From: a virus
Taxonomy: Duplodnaviria > Heunggongvirae > Uroviricota > Caudoviricetes
DNA length: 39,156 bases
IMG/VR virus record: IMGVR_UViG_2695420487_000015
Strand: one strand, 5' to 3'
Shown here: positions 36,601-39,156 of the stretch, piece after piece
Layout of the letters: the number at the start of each line of letters is the position of its first letter
How positions within the stretch are numbered: position 1 is the first letter of the stretch
Notes under the pieces: generated by a model
What the model was told of the DNA's origin: nothing
Seen by the model: the letters and a program-made list of their open reading frames with translations, nothing else
Databases searched by the model: none
Translations under genes and position numbers: made by a program

Positions 36601-39156
36601 ATGAAATTTATGAACAGGACCAGTCCCTATTATTGTCGCCGCTCAGTACTTTCCTTATTGATATCTGCCTTGATATATGCCCCGCCCGGGATGGCTGCCT
36701 TCACTACTAATGTTATTGGTGTGGTAAACGATGAGACTGTAGATGGCAACCAAAAAGTGGATGAACGAGGTACAACAAATAACACTCATATTATCAACCA
36801 TGGCCAGCAGAATGTTCATGGCGGGGTATCTAATGGAAGTCTTATTGAATCTGGTGGATATCAAGATATAGGAAGTCATAACAATTTTGTGGGGCAGGCT
36901 AATAATACAACCATTAACGGTGGCAGACAGTCAATTCATGACGGGGGTATTTCCACAGGTACGACAATCGAGAGTGGCAATCAGGACGTTTATAAAGGGG
37001 GTATCAGCAATGGAACGACAATTAAGGGCGGTGCTTCACGCGTAGAGGGAGGGAGTGCGAATGGAATACTCATTGATGGTGGTAGCCAGATAGTAAAAGT
37101 TCAAGGGCATGCTGATGGTACAACGATAAATAAGTCTGGCTCTCAGGACGTAGTACAAGGAAGTCTGGCAACGAACACAACCATAAATGGTGGTCGACAG
37201 TATGTTGAACAGAGCACAGTAGAAACAACAACCATTAAAAATGGCGGTGAGCAAAGAGTATATGAGAGCCGTGCGCTGGACACGACGATTGAAGGCGGAA
37301 CTCAGTCTCTGAATAGTAAGTCAACGGCAAAAAATACGCATATCTATTCTGGTGGCACGCAAATTGTTGATAACACCAGCACCTCGGATGTTATTGAAGT
37401 TTATTCTGGTGGCGTGCTTGATGTTAGTGGTGGTACGGCAACAAATGTTACCCAGCACGATGGTGCAATTTTAAAAACTAACACTAACGGTACGACGGTG
37501 AGCGGTACGAATAGTGAAGGTGCATTCTCCATCCACAATCACGTGGCAGACAATGTGTTGCTGGAAAACGGTGGTCATTTAGACATAAACGCATATGGTT
37601 CGGCAAACAAGACGATTATTAAAGATAAAGGAACAATGTCAGTTTTAACCAATGCTAAAGCTGATGCGACCCGAATAGATAATGGCGGGGTTATGGATGT
37701 TGCAGGAAACGCGACAAATACCATAATTAATGGTGGCACACAGAATATTAATAATTATGGCATAGCCACAGGCACCAATATCAACAGCGGAACGCAAAAT
37801 ATCAAAAGCGGCGGGAAAGCTGACACAACAATTATATCCTCCGGGAGCCGGCAGGTTGTTGAGAAAGATGGTACGGCAATTGGCAGCAATATTAGCGCCG
37901 GAGGCTCGCTGATTGTCTATACCGGCGGTATTGCACATGGGGTTAACCAGGAGACGGGCAGTGCTTTAGTTGCCAACACGGGTGCAGGGACTGATATCGA
38001 AGGATACAACAAGCTCTCTCACTTCACTATTACCGGAGGGGAGGCTAATTATGTTGTGCTGGAAAATACCGGCGAACTGACGGTAGTGGCTAAAACCTCG
38101 GCGAAAAATACTACCATTGATACTGGCGGTAAGCTGATTGTCCAGAAGGAGGCTAAAACAGATAGCACCAGACTTAATAATGGCGGCGTTCTGGAGGTTC
38201 AGGACGGTGGTGAGGCTAAGCATGTTGAGCAACAATCCGGCGGCGCATTAATTGCTTCCACGACCTCCGGAACACTTATCGAAGGAACCAACAGTTATGG
38301 TGATGCTTTCTACATCAGGAATTCAGAAGCTAAAAATGTAGTGCTGGAAAACGCTGGCTCATTAACAGTCGTCACTGGTTCCCGCGCAGTTGACACGATT
38401 ATTAATGCCAACGGCAAAATGGATGTTTATGGAAAAGATGTTGGCACTGTACTCAATAGTGCTGGCACCCAAACAATATATGCCAGTGCCACTTCTGATA
38501 AAGCAAATATCAAAGGTGGCAAGCAAACGGTATATGGTTTAGCCACTGAAGCAAATATCGAAAGTGGTGAACAAATTGTTGATGGTGGGTCAACAGAGAA
38601 AACACACATCAATGGTGGCACGCAAACCGTTCAGAATTATGGTAAGGCAATCAATACCGATATCGTCTCTGGCCTACAACAAATTATGGCAAACGGGACA
38701 GCGGAAGGTTCCATTATTAATGGGGGTTCACAGGTAGTTAATGAGGGCGGTCTGGCTGAAAACTCGGTGCTTAATGACGGCGGCACACTCGATGTGCGGG
38801 AGAAAGGCAGCGCAACGGGGATACAGCAGAGTAGCCAGGGCGCTTTGGTTGCAACCACCAGGGCGACGCGGGTCACAGGAACACGCGCGGATGGCGTCGC
38901 GTTCAGCATCGAGCAGGGTGCGGCGAACAATATCCTGCTGGCAAATGGCGGCGTGTTAACCGTGGAGTCAGACACCTCTTCTGACAAAACACAGGTCAAT
39001 ATGGGCGGACGGGAGATCGTCAAAACAAAAGCCACTGCGACAGGCACGATGAACCGCCCCGGGTTTCCTGGAGAGTGTTTTATCTGTGAACTCAGGCTGC
39101 CAGATCATCGTTTCCGATGGAAGCATAATAAGCTTTTTCTGCTTCTGCCGGAGGAG
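36601..39156 (+). CDS. AIDA-I-type autotransporter adhesin, 5' partial (runs off the window end), ypjA-like
   Basis: Open frame from ATG 36601 to the window end; extended signal peptide (MKFMNRTSPYYCRRSVLSLLISALIYAPPGMAAF) then dozens of about 19-residue repeats of the T.I..GG.Q.V..GG.A type. Confidence 0.75.
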   Translation, partial: MKFMNRTSPYYCRRSVLSLLISALIYAPPGMAAFTTNVIGVVNDETVDGNQKVDERGTTNNTHIINHGQQNVHGGVSNGSLIESGGYQDIGSHNNFVGQANNTTINGGRQSIHDGGISTGTTIESGNQDVYKGGISNGTTIKGGASRVEGGSANGILIDGGSQIVKVQGHADGTTINKSGSQDVVQGSLATNTTINGGRQYVEQSTVETTTIKNGGEQRVYESRALDTTIEGGTQSLNSKSTAKNTHIYSGGTQIVDNTSTSDVIEVYSGGVLDVSGGTATNVTQHDGAILKTNTNGTTVSGTNSEGAFSIHNHVADNVLLENGGHLDINAYGSANKTIIKDKGTMSVLTNAKADATRIDNGGVMDVAGNATNTIINGGTQNINNYGIATGTNINSGTQNIKSGGKADTTIISSGSRQVVEKDGTAIGSNISAGGSLIVYTGGIAHGVNQETGSALVANTGAGTDIEGYNKLSHFTITGGEANYVVLENTGELTVVAKTSAKNTTIDTGGKLIVQKEAKTDSTRLNNGGVLEVQDGGEAKHVEQQSGGALIASTTSGTLIEGTNSYGDAFYIRNSEAKNVVLENAGSLTVVTGSRAVDTIINANGKMDVYGKDVGTVLNSAGTQTIYASATSDKANIKGGKQTVYGLATEANIESGEQIVDGGSTEKTHINGGTQTVQNYGKAINTDIVSGLQQIMANGTAEGSIINGGSQVVNEGGLAENSVLNDGGTLDVREKGSATGIQQSSQGALVATTRATRVTGTRADGVAFSIEQGAANNILLANGGVLTVESDTSSDKTQVNMGGREIVKTKATATGTMNRPGFPGECFICELRLPDHRFRWKHNKLFLLLPEE

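Noticed and set aside
36610-39100. Highly repetitive DNA in the autotransporter considered as a possible CRISPR array or satellite
   Set aside because: The repeats are degenerate, in-frame and coding (AIDA-type passenger repeats) with no spacer-repeat regularity; no CRISPR array was seen anywhere in the window.

Overview
This 39.2-kb window looks like an enterobacterial (probably Escherichia-like) chromosomal segment carrying a complete P2/186-family prophage of about 31.9 kb, inserted in the 3' end of a tRNA with a CAU anticodon (tRNA-Ile2-like, ileY-type). Everything here is read by eye from the sequence and ORF track; no BLAST, HMM or folding was run, and homologies to P2/186 proteins are from memory. 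Layout left to right: an alpha-amylase-like gene interrupted by an in-frame TAG (1-1038, minus strand); the intact tRNA (1598-1673); attL core (1628-1676); the prophage; attR core (33529-33577); an AT-rich degraded island remnant (a hypothetical gene interrupted by one TAG, a DNA-invertase fragment); and the 5' part of an AIDA-type autotransporter running off the window end. The prophage has a P2-like morphogenesis and lysis backbone (ogr, D, U, T, E/E', FII, FI, G, H, I, J, W, V, S, R, lysC/lysB, endolysin, holin, X, L, M, N, O on the minus strand; P and Q on the plus strand), a replication gene A, and a 186-type lysogeny module (cII, apl, cI, int). Three visibly AT-rich cargo loci interrupt this backbone and are the main candidates for new biology: (1) between tail genes S and V, a 358-aa soluble protein with an N-terminal HYLP..YIRHF motif (DUF4238-like by recollection) convergent with a predicted four-helix membrane protein; (2) between int and attR, a 487-aa protein with a PD-(D/E)xK-like nuclease motif; (3) between cos and gene A, an acyltransferase-3 family membrane protein. 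A consensus-like LexA box sits upstream of a small ORF just downstream of gene A.
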